Origin: an uncultured virus (IMG/VR IMGVR_UViG_3300023110_000008)
Lineage: Duplodnaviria; Heunggongvirae; Uroviricota; Caudoviricetes
Strand: one strand, 5' to 3'
Length of the DNA stretch: 64,000 nucleotides
Virus record (IMG/VR): IMGVR_UViG_3300023110_000008
Within the stretch, counting starts at the first letter, position 1, and the number at the start of each line of letters is the position of its first letter. The notes under the pieces were generated by a model that saw only the letters and a list, made by a program, of their open reading frames with translations, ran no database searches and was not told where the DNA came from. This document shows positions 39,986 to 49,213 of the stretch, piece by piece. A program made the translations under genes and the position numbers.

Positions 39986-41356
39986 ATGGCAGAGTTAGAA
40001 AATAACCTAGAAACAGTTGAAGAGGGTCAACAGCCCAACGCTAAAGCTGTAGACGGTGACAAAAAACCTGTTAAGCAAGGTTCATCCGATGCTGAAAAAA
40101 TTGAAAGCGGCAAAGGTGAAGTCGTCAAACCTGAAGAAAATCCTGTTGACAAAGCAGTTGCTAGCATTAAAAGTGCAGAAAAAGGAACTAAAGAAGTTTC
40201 TGGTGATGCACAACAAAAAGGTGAATCAAAGCCTGATGCACAACCTAAGTTGAAAAAAGTTTCAGAAGAAGAAGACTCAGAAGATGAGAAACCTTCAAAA
40301 ATGGAAATGATCAAGGCTATGGTCAACGCTATGAAAGATATGGATAAAGAAAAACTTCAGGCAATGTACGGTAAAATGTCTGATGAAAAAGATGACGTTG
40401 ATGAATCCTTGACTAAAGCAGAGATCGCAAGATCAATCGTTGAACTCATGAAGAAAAAAGATGAGGAAGAAGTAGACGAAACTTACAACGCATTCTTCAC
40501 AGAAGAAGAAGATAAAGAAGACGAAGACGAAAAAGAAGTTGAAGAGAATAAAGATGAAGACGAAGACGAAGAAGAAGTCAAAGAGTCAACATCAGCACTT
40601 GAAGCTTCATTAGTTGAGATCGAAGTAGAAGACGACCTAGAGAAAATCTCAGAAGCTCTTGAACTATCAGAAGAGAATCAAGAGAAAGCTAGAACAATCT
40701 TCAAAGCAGCTGTATCTTCAAAAGTTGAAGAAGTTAAAGAACAACTTGAGTCTCAGTACTCAGAAGAATTAAAAACCTCAGTAGAAAAAGTCAAAGGCGA
40801 CCTCGCAGAAGCAGTTGATAAGTATCTATCATATTGTGCAGAAGAGTGGACAAAAGAAAACGAACTCGCAATTGAAAGAGGTTTGAGATCAGAAATGACC
40901 GAGAACTTCATTGAAGGACTTAAAACATTGTTCGTTGAACATTATGTAGAAGTACCAGAAGATAAGTACAACGTTATTGATGAACTCGCAAATCGTCTCG
41001 ATGAGATGGAAGATAAACTTGACGCTGAAGTATCTAAAAATATGGAAATCGTTGAGGAAAACGAAAGTCTTAAAAGAGACGGAGTGATCAGAGAAGCCTG
41101 TAAAGACTTGTCTGAGTCACAGCAAGAGAAATTAGTTTCACTTTCAAAAGGTGTAGACTTCACAGATTCAGAAGATTTCGCAGAGAAAGTTTCTGAGTTA
41201 AAAGAAGCATACTTTCCTTCAGAGGGCGGAACTATCGCAGAAGAAACTGTAGTTGAAGAAGGAACTGGCGAATTCGCAACTAGCGAAGAGAAAGTTCTTG
41301 ATCCTTCAATGAACAGATATTCTACTGCAATATCAAAACTAAAACCATTAGGTTAA
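39986..41356 (+). CDS. gp22: Prohead scaffold protein gp22
   Basis: Acidic protein with VDKYLSY..EEW..ENELAIERGLRSEMTENFIEGLK.LF.EHYVEVP. Confidence 0.93.
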   Translation: MAELENNLETVEEGQQPNAKAVDGDKKPVKQGSSDAEKIESGKGEVVKPEENPVDKAVASIKSAEKGTKEVSGDAQQKGESKPDAQPKLKKVSEEEDSEDEKPSKMEMIKAMVNAMKDMDKEKLQAMYGKMSDEKDDVDESLTKAEIARSIVELMKKKDEEEVDETYNAFFTEEEDKEDEDEKEVEENKDEDEDEEEVKESTSALEASLVEIEVEDDLEKISEALELSEENQEKARTIFKAAVSSKVEEVKEQLESQYSEELKTSVEKVKGDLAEAVDKYLSYCAEEWTKENELAIERGLRSEMTENFIEGLKTLFVEHYVEVPEDKYNVIDELANRLDEMEDKLDAEVSKNMEIVEENESLKRDGVIREACKDLSESQQEKLVSLSKGVDFTDSEDFAEKVSELKEAYFPSEGGTIAEETVVEEGTGEFATSEEKVLDPSMNRYSTAISKLKPLG

Positions 41357-41379
41357 TTTAAAGGAAACAGGAAACTAAA

Positions 41380-42684
41380 ATGTTTTTATCAGAAAATTTA
41401 GTAGAAAAGTGGCAGCCTATTCTAGAACACAACGATCTTCCAGAGATCGGTGACAACTACAAGAAAGCCGTTACAGCAGTTATCCTCGAAAACCAAGAGA
41501 AAGCTCTTTCAGAAGAAAGATCACAACTTGACGAGGTTGCACCTTTAAATGCTACTGGTTCTTCAGCTATTTCAAATTGGGACCCAATCCTAATTTCTCT
41601 AGTAAGAAGAGCTATGCCAAATCTCGTTGCATACGACATTTGCGGTGTTCAACCAATGACAGGACCAACAGGTCTTATCTTTGCTATGAAAGCAAGATAT
41701 GCCGACTATCCTTCCGCAGGAAGAGAAAGTCAATCAGAAGCATTATTCAACGAAGCAAGAACTTCAAACTCAGCAACTGCTGGGCCTAACAGTTCTGCTG
41801 GTGTTGATTCAGATCCATCTGGCGATCCTTTCGCTGGTGCATATGCAACTGATACATCTTCAGGTATGAGCACAGCTTCTGCTGAAGCATTAGGCGATTC
41901 AGCCTCAAATGCTTTCAACGAAATGTCTTTCACAATTGAAAAGGCAACTGTTACAGCAGTATCCAGAGCACTTAAAGCCGAGTACACACTCGAACTTGCA
42001 CAAGACTTAAAAGCAATCCACGGTCTTGATGCAGAATCAGAACTTGCAAACATCCTTTCAGCTGAAATTCTTGCTGAAATCAACAGAGAAGTTGTAAGAG
42101 AAGTAAACCTACAAGCAAAAACAGGTGCTTCCGCAACAGCTTCACCAGGCACATTCAACTTAGACGTTGATGCAAATGGTCGTTGGTCAGTTGAGAAATT
42201 CAAAGGGTTATTGTTCCAAATCGAAAGAGAATCAAATGTTATCGCTAAAGACACAAGAAGAGGAAAAGGTAACTTTATCCTTTGTTCTTCAGACGTAGCA
42301 TCTGCTCTTTCAATGGCAGGCGTATTAGATTACGCACCTGCATTATCAACAAACTTAAACGTAGACGACACAGGCAACACATTTGCTGGTCTTCTTAACG
42401 GTAGAGTTAAAGTCTATATCGATCCATATGCTGGTTCAGATTATATGACAGTTGGTTACAGAGGTTCAAATCCTTATGACGCTGGTCTATTCTATTGCCC
42501 ATACGTACCTTTACAAATGGTTCGTGCAGTTGGCGAGAATACATTCCAACCAAAAATCGGTTTCAAAACCAGATATGGAATGATCCCTAACCCATTCGTA
42601 ACTTCAACTCCATTGAGTTCAGTTTCAGGTGGTAGAGGTAACAACCAGTACTTCAGAAAGATGGCAGTTTCTAACATTCTGTAA
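41380..42684 (+). CDS. gp23: Major capsid protein gp23
   Basis: LVRRAMPNLVAYDICGVQPMTGPTGLIFAM, SRALKAEYTLELAQDLKAIHGLDAE, FQPKIGFKTRYG. Confidence 0.99.
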   Translation: MFLSENLVEKWQPILEHNDLPEIGDNYKKAVTAVILENQEKALSEERSQLDEVAPLNATGSSAISNWDPILISLVRRAMPNLVAYDICGVQPMTGPTGLIFAMKARYADYPSAGRESQSEALFNEARTSNSATAGPNSSAGVDSDPSGDPFAGAYATDTSSGMSTASAEALGDSASNAFNEMSFTIEKATVTAVSRALKAEYTLELAQDLKAIHGLDAESELANILSAEILAEINREVVREVNLQAKTGASATASPGTFNLDVDANGRWSVEKFKGLLFQIERESNVIAKDTRRGKGNFILCSSDVASALSMAGVLDYAPALSTNLNVDDTGNTFAGLLNGRVKVYIDPYAGSDYMTVGYRGSNPYDAGLFYCPYVPLQMVRAVGENTFQPKIGFKTRYGMIPNPFVTSTPLSSVSGGRGNNQYFRKMAVSNIL

Positions 42685-42703
42685 TAATTCTTTTTTGAAT
42701 TTT

Positions 42704-42731
42704 AAAGGGGTCTTTTTAGACCCCTTTTTTT
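42704..42731. terminator. Bidirectional Rho-independent terminator
   Basis: AAAGGGGTCT-TTTT-AGACCCCTTTTTTT between convergent gp23 and the glycosyltransferase gene. Confidence 0.85.
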
Positions 42732-43569
42732 ATACGATTGTTTTATTGATGTAATCTATACCAGAGAAGTTCTTATAATCATTGAGCGATCTTTTCCACC
42801 CTATCCCATAGACTCCTTTGATCTTTCCGTGAATGATATCACTGTATCTTTGCATTGATCTATCTCTCATTCTACCCCAATCTTGGTGTTTCTCCCAATG
42901 TAGTGGTCTAATGTTTTTTCTATAATCATGAAATATTGGGTTATTAGGTACATGATATATGTCATAACCCATACAATATGCACGGAGAGCTAACGAGGGT
43001 TCTTCTCCTTCAAAGTAAAAGTGAGGGTCATATGGCACATCTCTACAGAAGTCTGTACTACTGAACAGATTGCCTGCTGATAACAGATAACCTTGATGAA
43101 TGTTTGGAGTATCTGAAACAGAGATTTGAGTATTGAAATGTGTGTCATACTGCCATAGATTGTTCTTATCGACTCTAAGAACGTGTGTGTGACTACTTTT
43201 AACACCTAGGTCTTTTACATCTCTAGGATAACCAGTTATTATAGAATTAGGTGGAAGATTACTCATTTGACCGAGTAAAATAGTATCCCAACCTACTTCA
43301 AATTTAGTATGAGAATCTATCTGTAGATACCACTGTTCATCTTCTATAAGATTCTGAATTAGATGTCTAGCGAAACATGGACCTCTAGCACTACGCCAGT
43401 CCATGAAGTTATAGTACTTGACCATTTTTGCAACGTTTTCGTTGTACTGTTCTGATTGATCACATACTGCAATATGAATTCTATTAGAGTCAGCATTATC
43501 CAAACATGAAGATATGGTATCTTCAAGTTGTGGGTCCATAAACGAGGCAATTGATATAAAAATATTCAC
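42730..43569 (-). CDS. Skp1-hydroxyproline GlcNAc-transferase-like glycosyltransferase (GT60/Gnt1-type)
   Basis: IFISIASFMD, ARGPCFAR, YLQIDSH..F..GWD, ITGYP, VPYDP..YF.GEE...ALRAY..GYDIY..P...FH.Y. Confidence 0.8.
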   Translation of the reverse strand: MNIFISIASFMDPQLEDTISSCLDNADSNRIHIAVCDQSEQYNENVAKMVKYYNFMDWRSARGPCFARHLIQNLIEDEQWYLQIDSHTKFEVGWDTILLGQMSNLPPNSIITGYPRDVKDLGVKSSHTHVLRVDKNNLWQYDTHFNTQISVSDTPNIHQGYLLSAGNLFSSTDFCRDVPYDPHFYFEGEEPSLALRAYCMGYDIYHVPNNPIFHDYRKNIRPLHWEKHQDWGRMRDRSMQRYSDIIHGKIKGVYGIGWKRSLNDYKNFSGIDYINKTIV

Positions 43570-43584
43570 TAAATACTATTTAGT
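43568..43584. promoter_or_regulatory. Palindromic pair of variant late boxes (ACTAAATA-C-TATTTAGT)
   Basis: Perfect 8-bp inverted repeat between divergent genes. ACTAAATA also precedes other genes (near 19670, 47734, 60765). Confidence 0.5.
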
Positions 43585-43616
43585 CATACACACACAAACA
43601 CACACAGGAGGAAATT

Positions 43617-43835
43617 ATGACTAATTCACAAAAATCTGGGTACGAGATTCGTGCCAACTTACTTAATCTAGCAGAAAGTCTTATTATCAATAATATTGAG
43701 AATGAGAGGCAGACCATATATTCATGGAATGACAATCATGCTGAGTCTAAAAAGGAAATTCCTTTGAGGACTTATACTGCTCAAGATGTTATTGAAACTG
43801 CAAAACAGTTCAATGATTTTGTAAACGAGAAATAA
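43617..43835 (+). CDS. Conserved hypothetical protein
   Basis: SGYEIRANLL...DVIETAKQFNDFV. SD AGGAGG. Confidence 0.75.
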   Translation: MTNSQKSGYEIRANLLNLAESLIINNIENERQTIYSWNDNHAESKKEIPLRTYTAQDVIETAKQFNDFVNEK

Positions 43836-43838
43836 AAA

Positions 43839-43868
43839 GTGGGGCGCAATGCCCCACCTATATAAATA
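43839..43868 (+). promoter_or_regulatory. Hairpin followed by late promoter TATAAATA (43861-43868)
   Basis: GTGGGGC-GCAAT-GCCCCAC then the consensus box. Confidence 0.65.
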
Positions 43869-43887
43869 GTACTATACGGAGAAAATT

Positions 43888-44106
43888 ATGTCAGAGTATG
43901 CAAAAAGTGTAACAGTGTTAGAAGGACCGTGGGAAAGAAGTGCTTTTCCTAAAGGCAAAGAAACAACAAATGTATTGAATCGTACAATCACAACTCAATA
44001 CGTAGAAGATGGTTTTCTATGTGAAGAGACTGTAACAAGAGTTTACAAAGGCGATGACTACCATGATACAACTACTAATAAAAGGATTATAAAACTTGGA
44101 AACTAG
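43888..44106 (+). CDS. Hypothetical protein
   Basis: SD GGAG, downstream of a late promoter. Confidence 0.65.
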   Translation: MSEYAKSVTVLEGPWERSAFPKGKETTNVLNRTITTQYVEDGFLCEETVTRVYKGDDYHDTTTNKRIIKLGN

Positions 44107-44635
44107 TATTAATAAATCGATTCTCAATAAGAATAATTTCAGACTTCTTATTGATAAAGTACCAGCAGTTGAATACTATGTAAGAACGGTCAACATACCA
44201 GGACTTACATTTGGTGAAACAGTTCAAGCTGCTGGTGTTGGTATCGATGCTTATTTTCCAGGCGACAAGGTATCTTATGATACACTAGATGTATCCTTTT
44301 TAGTAGATGAAGACTTAGAAAACTTCAAAGAAATATATGATTGGATGGATTCTATTGTTCCTGTTGCTGACCCTAGACTGTATGAAAACTATACACGTAC
44401 AATCAAAACACAAACAGGTACGTTAAGTGCCGTAGAAAACGACCTCAATCAGTATTCAGATATCACATTGGTAACAAATACAAATAAAAATATACCAAAT
44501 AGATATTTTAGATTCCATGACTGTTTCCCTATATCATTAGGTTCTATTGAATTAGAGTCTGGTGCCGATGCAGAAGCAGTTATCTGTACTGTATCTTTTA
44601 GATTTACCTACTACGAGATAAAAACAACTTCTTAA
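44096..44635 (+). CDS. gp3: Tail tube terminator gp3
   Basis: P.VEYY...VNIPG, PGDKVSYD.L.VSFLVDEDLENFKEIYDWM, SDITL, FPISLG. Confidence 0.9.
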   Translation: METSINKSILNKNNFRLLIDKVPAVEYYVRTVNIPGLTFGETVQAAGVGIDAYFPGDKVSYDTLDVSFLVDEDLENFKEIYDWMDSIVPVADPRLYENYTRTIKTQTGTLSAVENDLNQYSDITLVTNTNKNIPNRYFRFHDCFPISLGSIELESGADAEAVICTVSFRFTYYEIKTTS

Positions 44636-44681
44636 ATCGTAATAAATATGATATACTATAGGGTATATTATAGGATATTTT

Positions 44682-45125
44682 ATGAACTTAGATGAATTAA
44701 AAGCAATGTGGAAAGAAGATTGTAAGGTAGATGATATCGAATTAGATACGTCTAGTTTAGAAGTACCAAAACTACATGCTAAGTACTCAGAGTTATTGAC
44801 CGATGCATCAATTCAACTCAAAAATGCCAACTTAAAATACCAACTACTTTTAAAAGATAAGTGGTTATGGTTTCATGGTAAAATGGACCAAACAAAAATC
44901 AAAGAACTTGGCTGGGAAGATGACCCTTTTGATGGTCTAAAAATTATGAAAAATGATATGCCTGTTTTCTTTGACGCTGATCCCGATCTACAGAAAGCAA
45001 GAGCACAAATAGAATACTTTAAAGAAGTAATCGACTTTCTAAAAAGGGCAATGGACAACATAACATGGCGTCACCAAACTATTAAGAACACAATAGAGTG
45101 GCGTAAATTTATGTCAGGTGCATAA
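44682..45125 (+). CDS. uvsY: Recombination mediator UvsY
   Basis: W.ED..VDD.ELD..SL.VPKLHAKY...IKNTIEWRKFMSG. Confidence 0.92.
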   Translation: MNLDELKAMWKEDCKVDDIELDTSSLEVPKLHAKYSELLTDASIQLKNANLKYQLLLKDKWLWFHGKMDQTKIKELGWEDDPFDGLKIMKNDMPVFFDADPDLQKARAQIEYFKEVIDFLKRAMDNITWRHQTIKNTIEWRKFMSGA

Positions 45126-45796
45126 TGAATTTAAGAAACTATATTTGGATTTACGAAAGCTATTTCACTGAAGAAGAGGTCAAAACGATCAATGCTATGA
45201 GTGAAAAAGTGCCTTTCCAAATTGGTAAAGTTGGTAACAAGGCAGAAGATCCAGATGGTGAAACAGAGGGTGGTACAGAAGACTCTCATATCAGACAATC
45301 AGATGTAAAATGGTTTGAACAAGACTTTTTACCTGAAGAACTTACAGAAAAACTTCATGCAGGTATTGATATGGCAAATGCAGAGGCAGGTTGGCATCAT
45401 GAATGGACTTGGCCTGAACCACATCAATATACAGTGTATAATCATAGACCAGATTCTCCTGTAACAGGAGATCATTACACATGGCATACAGATTCATCTG
45501 ATATGAATCAGAGTGATCATGGTATCAGAAAACTAAGTTCTACAGTTCAACTATCACATCCAGATGACTACGAAGGTGGTCATTTTCAATATATCAATTA
45601 TCAAGGAGTATTTGATAAATTAGGGCGCAATACAAATATAGATGCAGGCAATTATATAAACACAGTTCCATTTTCAGCCAAGTCGATTGGTACTTTAATT
45701 GTGTTTCCTTCTTTTGTATATCACCAAGTGACACCTGTAACTAAGGGTACTAGAATATCTTTAGTGAGTTGGTTTCACGGCAAACCCTATGTCTAA
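45125..45796 (+). CDS. 2OG-Fe(II) oxygenase (PKHD/prolyl-hydroxylase-like)
   Basis: YTWHTD, RKLSSTVQLS.PDDYEGG, VFPSFVYHQVTPVTKGTRISLVSW. Confidence 0.88.
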   Translation: MNLRNYIWIYESYFTEEEVKTINAMSEKVPFQIGKVGNKAEDPDGETEGGTEDSHIRQSDVKWFEQDFLPEELTEKLHAGIDMANAEAGWHHEWTWPEPHQYTVYNHRPDSPVTGDHYTWHTDSSDMNQSDHGIRKLSSTVQLSHPDDYEGGHFQYINYQGVFDKLGRNTNIDAGNYINTVPFSAKSIGTLIVFPSFVYHQVTPVTKGTRISLVSWFHGKPYV

Positions 45797-47195
45797 AGTA
45801 ACAGTTTCTAAAGTCAACGAAGTTTTCATGCAGGTCAATTGTGATGATGGTCTTGCACGTGATTTATATGACTTCTTTTCTTTTACAGTACCAAATGCAA
45901 AGTTTATGCCTTCTGTTAAGAACAGATATTGGGATGGTAAAGTAAGATTATTTTCAATTAAAACAAAAAGAATCTATATTGGATTATTACCATATGTCGA
46001 TGAGTTTTGTAGAGAAAGAGGATATGAATTTGAAGGTGTTGAAGAAGTACTTGGAACAAAACAAAGAGACAAGTGTAGTCAATCATGGTTGGCAGATTTA
46101 AACCTTCCCTTTGAACCTAGAGAATATCAGATAGATGCATTCAATACTGCTATTCAATATGGCAGACAACTTCTACTCTCACCAACTGCAAGTGGTAAAT
46201 CATTAATCATATATCTACTTGCAAGATATTACAACAAAAAAACAATTGTCATTGTACCTACTACATCATTGGTAGAACAGATGGCAAAGGACTTCGAAGA
46301 TTATGGATATGATAAAGACATTTGTAAAATTTATAGTGGTCAACCTGTATTTTCTGCTGACATTACGATATCGACATGGCAGAGTTTTAGTAAAGCACCT
46401 AAAGAAATCTTGGAAGGATTTGACGTAGTAATAGGAGATGAAGCACATCTATTTAAAGCAACAACTTTAAAAGGCATTTTAGAGAAAATGAAGAAGACTG
46501 CTGTACGATTTGGTACAACAGGTACGTTAGACGGTAGTGAAGTACACCGATTACAACTTGAGGGTCTTTTTGGGCCTGTAAAGAAAGTTATATCTTCTGC
46601 TCAGTTAATTGAAGAAGGCACAATTGCAAATATTAACATTGATTGTATTATACTTAAACATCAAAAGTGTCATAAAATGTCATACCAAGAAGAAATGGAT
46701 TATCTAGTTTCTAATGAGAAACGTAATGCATTCATAACTAATTTAGTTGCCTCTCTCAAAGGCAATACCCTAGTGTTGTTCCAATACGTAGAAAAACACG
46801 GTGAAGTATTGTACCCAATGATTGAGAAGAGAGTGAACAGTTTACACTATGTCTATGGTGGTACAGACACCGAAGACCGAGAGAAAGTCAGAGAACTTGT
46901 TGAGCAATCTAATGACAGTGTCATACTAGCGTCATACGGAACTTTCTCTACAGGTGTCAATATTAAAAAGATTGATAATATTGTTTTTGCAAGTCCTTCT
47001 AAATCACGTATTCGTAATCTACAGTCTATTGGTAGAGGTCTACGTAAGACAGAAGGCAAAGATGCTATGAGATTGTTCGATATTGCCGATGATCTCCAAT
47101 GTGATAATTATACCCTTGAACACCTGAAAGAAAGGATAAATATCTATAATGGAGAACAATTTCCATACGAAATCAAACAATTTGACTTAGACTAA
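45789..47195 (+). CDS. uvsW: DNA helicase UvsW
   Basis: WDGKVRLF, SPTASGKS, DEAH, GTTGT, QSIGRGLR. Confidence 0.95.
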   Translation: MSKVTVSKVNEVFMQVNCDDGLARDLYDFFSFTVPNAKFMPSVKNRYWDGKVRLFSIKTKRIYIGLLPYVDEFCRERGYEFEGVEEVLGTKQRDKCSQSWLADLNLPFEPREYQIDAFNTAIQYGRQLLLSPTASGKSLIIYLLARYYNKKTIVIVPTTSLVEQMAKDFEDYGYDKDICKIYSGQPVFSADITISTWQSFSKAPKEILEGFDVVIGDEAHLFKATTLKGILEKMKKTAVRFGTTGTLDGSEVHRLQLEGLFGPVKKVISSAQLIEEGTIANINIDCIILKHQKCHKMSYQEEMDYLVSNEKRNAFITNLVASLKGNTLVLFQYVEKHGEVLYPMIEKRVNSLHYVYGGTDTEDREKVRELVEQSNDSVILASYGTFSTGVNIKKIDNIVFASPSKSRIRNLQSIGRGLRKTEGKDAMRLFDIADDLQCDNYTLEHLKERINIYNGEQFPYEIKQFDLD

Positions 47196-47707
47196 TGGCA
47201 TCACCAAAAGATTTATTACCAACAAGATATGAAGTAATTAAACTTAAAACTGGCACTGAAGTTGTAGGTATGACCAGAGAAACCGACACATCTTTAGAAA
47301 TCACATTGCCAATGATCTGCCATTTGTCTATAATACCAGGCACACCAAAAACTCAGGCAACATTCTACCCATATGCGCCTTTGACCTCAGATGAAAAGAT
47401 TACAATACCAAAAGATCATGTGGTGCATAGAAGTATTATGAATGATCAATTCATTCCATTTTATGATAGTGCTTCATCAAAATGGTTTAAGATGATTGAA
47501 GAGGGCAGTATACCTTTAGATGATGGTAGACCGATACCAGTCAAAGGTAGTTTTATGAATAAACTCGATAGCAAGATTAGAAAAGCTATGGATGAACTCA
47601 TTGAAAATGCAACTGACCTAGAACTAGATGAGTTTGAAGAAGTAATGTCTGAGTACGATGATTTTGAATTCGCAGAAGTTCCAAAAGACCCTAAAAAAAT
47701 TCACTAA
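47195..47707 (+). CDS. Conserved hypothetical protein (uvsW-gp55 interval)
   Basis: VIKLKTGTEVVG N-terminus; coupled to the uvsW stop. Confidence 0.7.
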   Translation: MASPKDLLPTRYEVIKLKTGTEVVGMTRETDTSLEITLPMICHLSIIPGTPKTQATFYPYAPLTSDEKITIPKDHVVHRSIMNDQFIPFYDSASSKWFKMIEEGSIPLDDGRPIPVKGSFMNKLDSKIRKAMDELIENATDLELDEFEEVMSEYDDFEFAEVPKDPKKIH

Positions 47708-47800
47708 AACCTATTTGTTAGGTTCATTAACTTACTAAATAATTGCGTTTATAACCAAGAATTATATTATATTATATAATTTACTTATTAATGGAGAATC

Positions 47801-47935
47801 ATGACTGAGCTAGTTAAAAAATTAAAAGATGAAATTTCTGAGTTGGATGAATCTAACTTAGTAGATGCCTTAGAACTTATTGTTCTATGTTTTGTATTCA
47901 TTTCATGCACAGTAGCGATTGCGCCAATAGTCTAA
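47801..47935 (+). CDS. Small membrane protein, 44 aa (not in ORF track)
   Basis: SD GGAG. MTELVKKLKDEISELDESNLVDALELIVLCFVFISCTVAIAPIV. Confidence 0.55.
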   Translation: MTELVKKLKDEISELDESNLVDALELIVLCFVFISCTVAIAPIV

Positions 47936-47944
47936 GGAGAAAAC

Positions 47945-48196
47945 ATGAAAAAATTATTTGCTTTAACTACAATGCTCTTGATCACAAGTGAGGCTTTCGC
48001 CGATGATTGGAGAATGAGAAAATTTGACCTAGATAGTAACGGTTTCGTTACTCAACAAGAATTGAGAGATTCAGGTTGTACGGTACGTGTTGGCCTATTT
48101 AAAGCTGCCGATAAAAACGGCGATGGCGTATTATCGAAAAAAGAACTACGAAAAGCATCTGACTACATCATTCGTAGAAGATGTCCTAGGGCATAA
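47945..48196 (+). CDS. Secreted EF-hand protein
   Basis: Signal peptide ending AFA, two EF loops (DLDSNGFVTQQE and DKNGDGVLSKKE), two Cys. Confidence 0.75.
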   Translation: MKKLFALTTMLLITSEAFADDWRMRKFDLDSNGFVTQQELRDSGCTVRVGLFKAADKNGDGVLSKKELRKASDYIIRRRCPRA

Positions 48197-48357
48197 TGGA
48201 AGTTTTACTTATTTTATTCACAAGTATTGTAATAAGTGTTGCGTATTTGAAGCACGCTCCTATGAGCGAGATCGAATATATTTTATATCAACAAAACAGC
48301 AGTAATGCAAAACATAAAGATGAGATATCCGCAACAGTTACAACTACAACTAAATAA
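48196..48357 (+). CDS. Small membrane protein, 53 aa (not in ORF track)
   Basis: TAATG coupling to the previous stop; N-terminal TM MEVLLILFTSIVISVAYL. Confidence 0.5.
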   Translation: MEVLLILFTSIVISVAYLKHAPMSEIEYILYQQNSSNAKHKDEISATVTTTTK

Positions 48358-48529
48358 AACTACAGACGCTACGCCTGAAGAGTTTGAGAAGTGGAGAGAA
48401 GAAGACTTCTTTTCAAAGGGTGATTTCGATCCACTTCTTTTGTTTGTAGTAATACCAACAATCATTCAATTAAGTTGTGTCTTTGCAATGGGGGCAGTAA
48501 TGATGTTGAGTGGCTACCTAATAGGATAA
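48305..48529 (+). CDS. Small membrane protein
   Basis: DATPEEFEKW followed by a C-terminal hydrophobic segment. Start may be 48320. Confidence 0.55.
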   Translation: MQNIKMRYPQQLQLQLNKTTDATPEEFEKWREEDFFSKGDFDPLLLFVVIPTIIQLSCVFAMGAVMMLSGYLIG

Positions 48530-48661
48530 GGCTTCTCAGCGAACATAATAATCATATCATATGATTTGAAATCCAAACACCCCCTTTTCCAAAAAAAATT
48601 AGATTTAATAAATACCTAAAAACCCCTTACAGGATCAACGTTTTTAGTGTAATATCCCTTT

Positions 48662-49213
48662 ATGACTACGAAAAAACAAAATGAACACTATGTAAACAAC
48701 AAAGAGTTCACAGCAGCTGTCGCCGAGTTTAATGAGTCAGTTAAACTTGCCGAGTCAAAGGGGAAAACACCTCCCCAAATGTCAAACTACATAGGCGAAT
48801 GTATCTATAAGATCGCTACACGACTATCTACTAGACCAAACTTCATCAACTATACTTATAGGGATGAAATGATTTGTGATGCAATTGAAAACTGCATACA
48901 ATATATCAACAATTTCAACAGAGAAAAATCAGACAATGCCTTTGCCTACGTAACACAGATTTGTTACTATGCATTTTTAAGAAGAATACAAAAGGAGAAA
49001 AAACAAGTATTCGTAAAGCAAAAACTTATCAATGAAACAGGCTTAACAGAGGTAGGATTCGATACAATAGATGGAGTATATGACCCTAGTTTGTCAAATA
49101 CAAACGTTGAGTGGATGCAAGAGAATATGAATCCAGTCGAGTACGAACCAAGAAAATCAAAAAGAACAAAGAAAGCAACAACGAAAAAAAACTTAGATAA
49201 CTTTACTGAATGA
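48662..49213 (+). CDS. gp55: Late-transcription sigma factor gp55
   Basis: HYVNNKEF, YIGEC..KIA..LS.RPNF.NYTYRDEMICDAIENC, AFAY.TQI.YYAFLRRIQKEKKQ. Confidence 0.97.
   Translation: MTTKKQNEHYVNNKEFTAAVAEFNESVKLAESKGKTPPQMSNYIGECIYKIATRLSTRPNFINYTYRDEMICDAIENCIQYINNFNREKSDNAFAYVTQICYYAFLRRIQKEKKQVFVKQKLINETGLTEVGFDTIDGVYDPSLSNTNVEWMQENMNPVEYEPRKSKRTKKATTKKNLDNFTE

Noticed and set aside
43586..43606. (CA)n-like tract ATACACACACAAACACACACA
   Set aside because: Short and imperfect; most likely an unstructured leader before a strong SD, with no evidence of phase variation.
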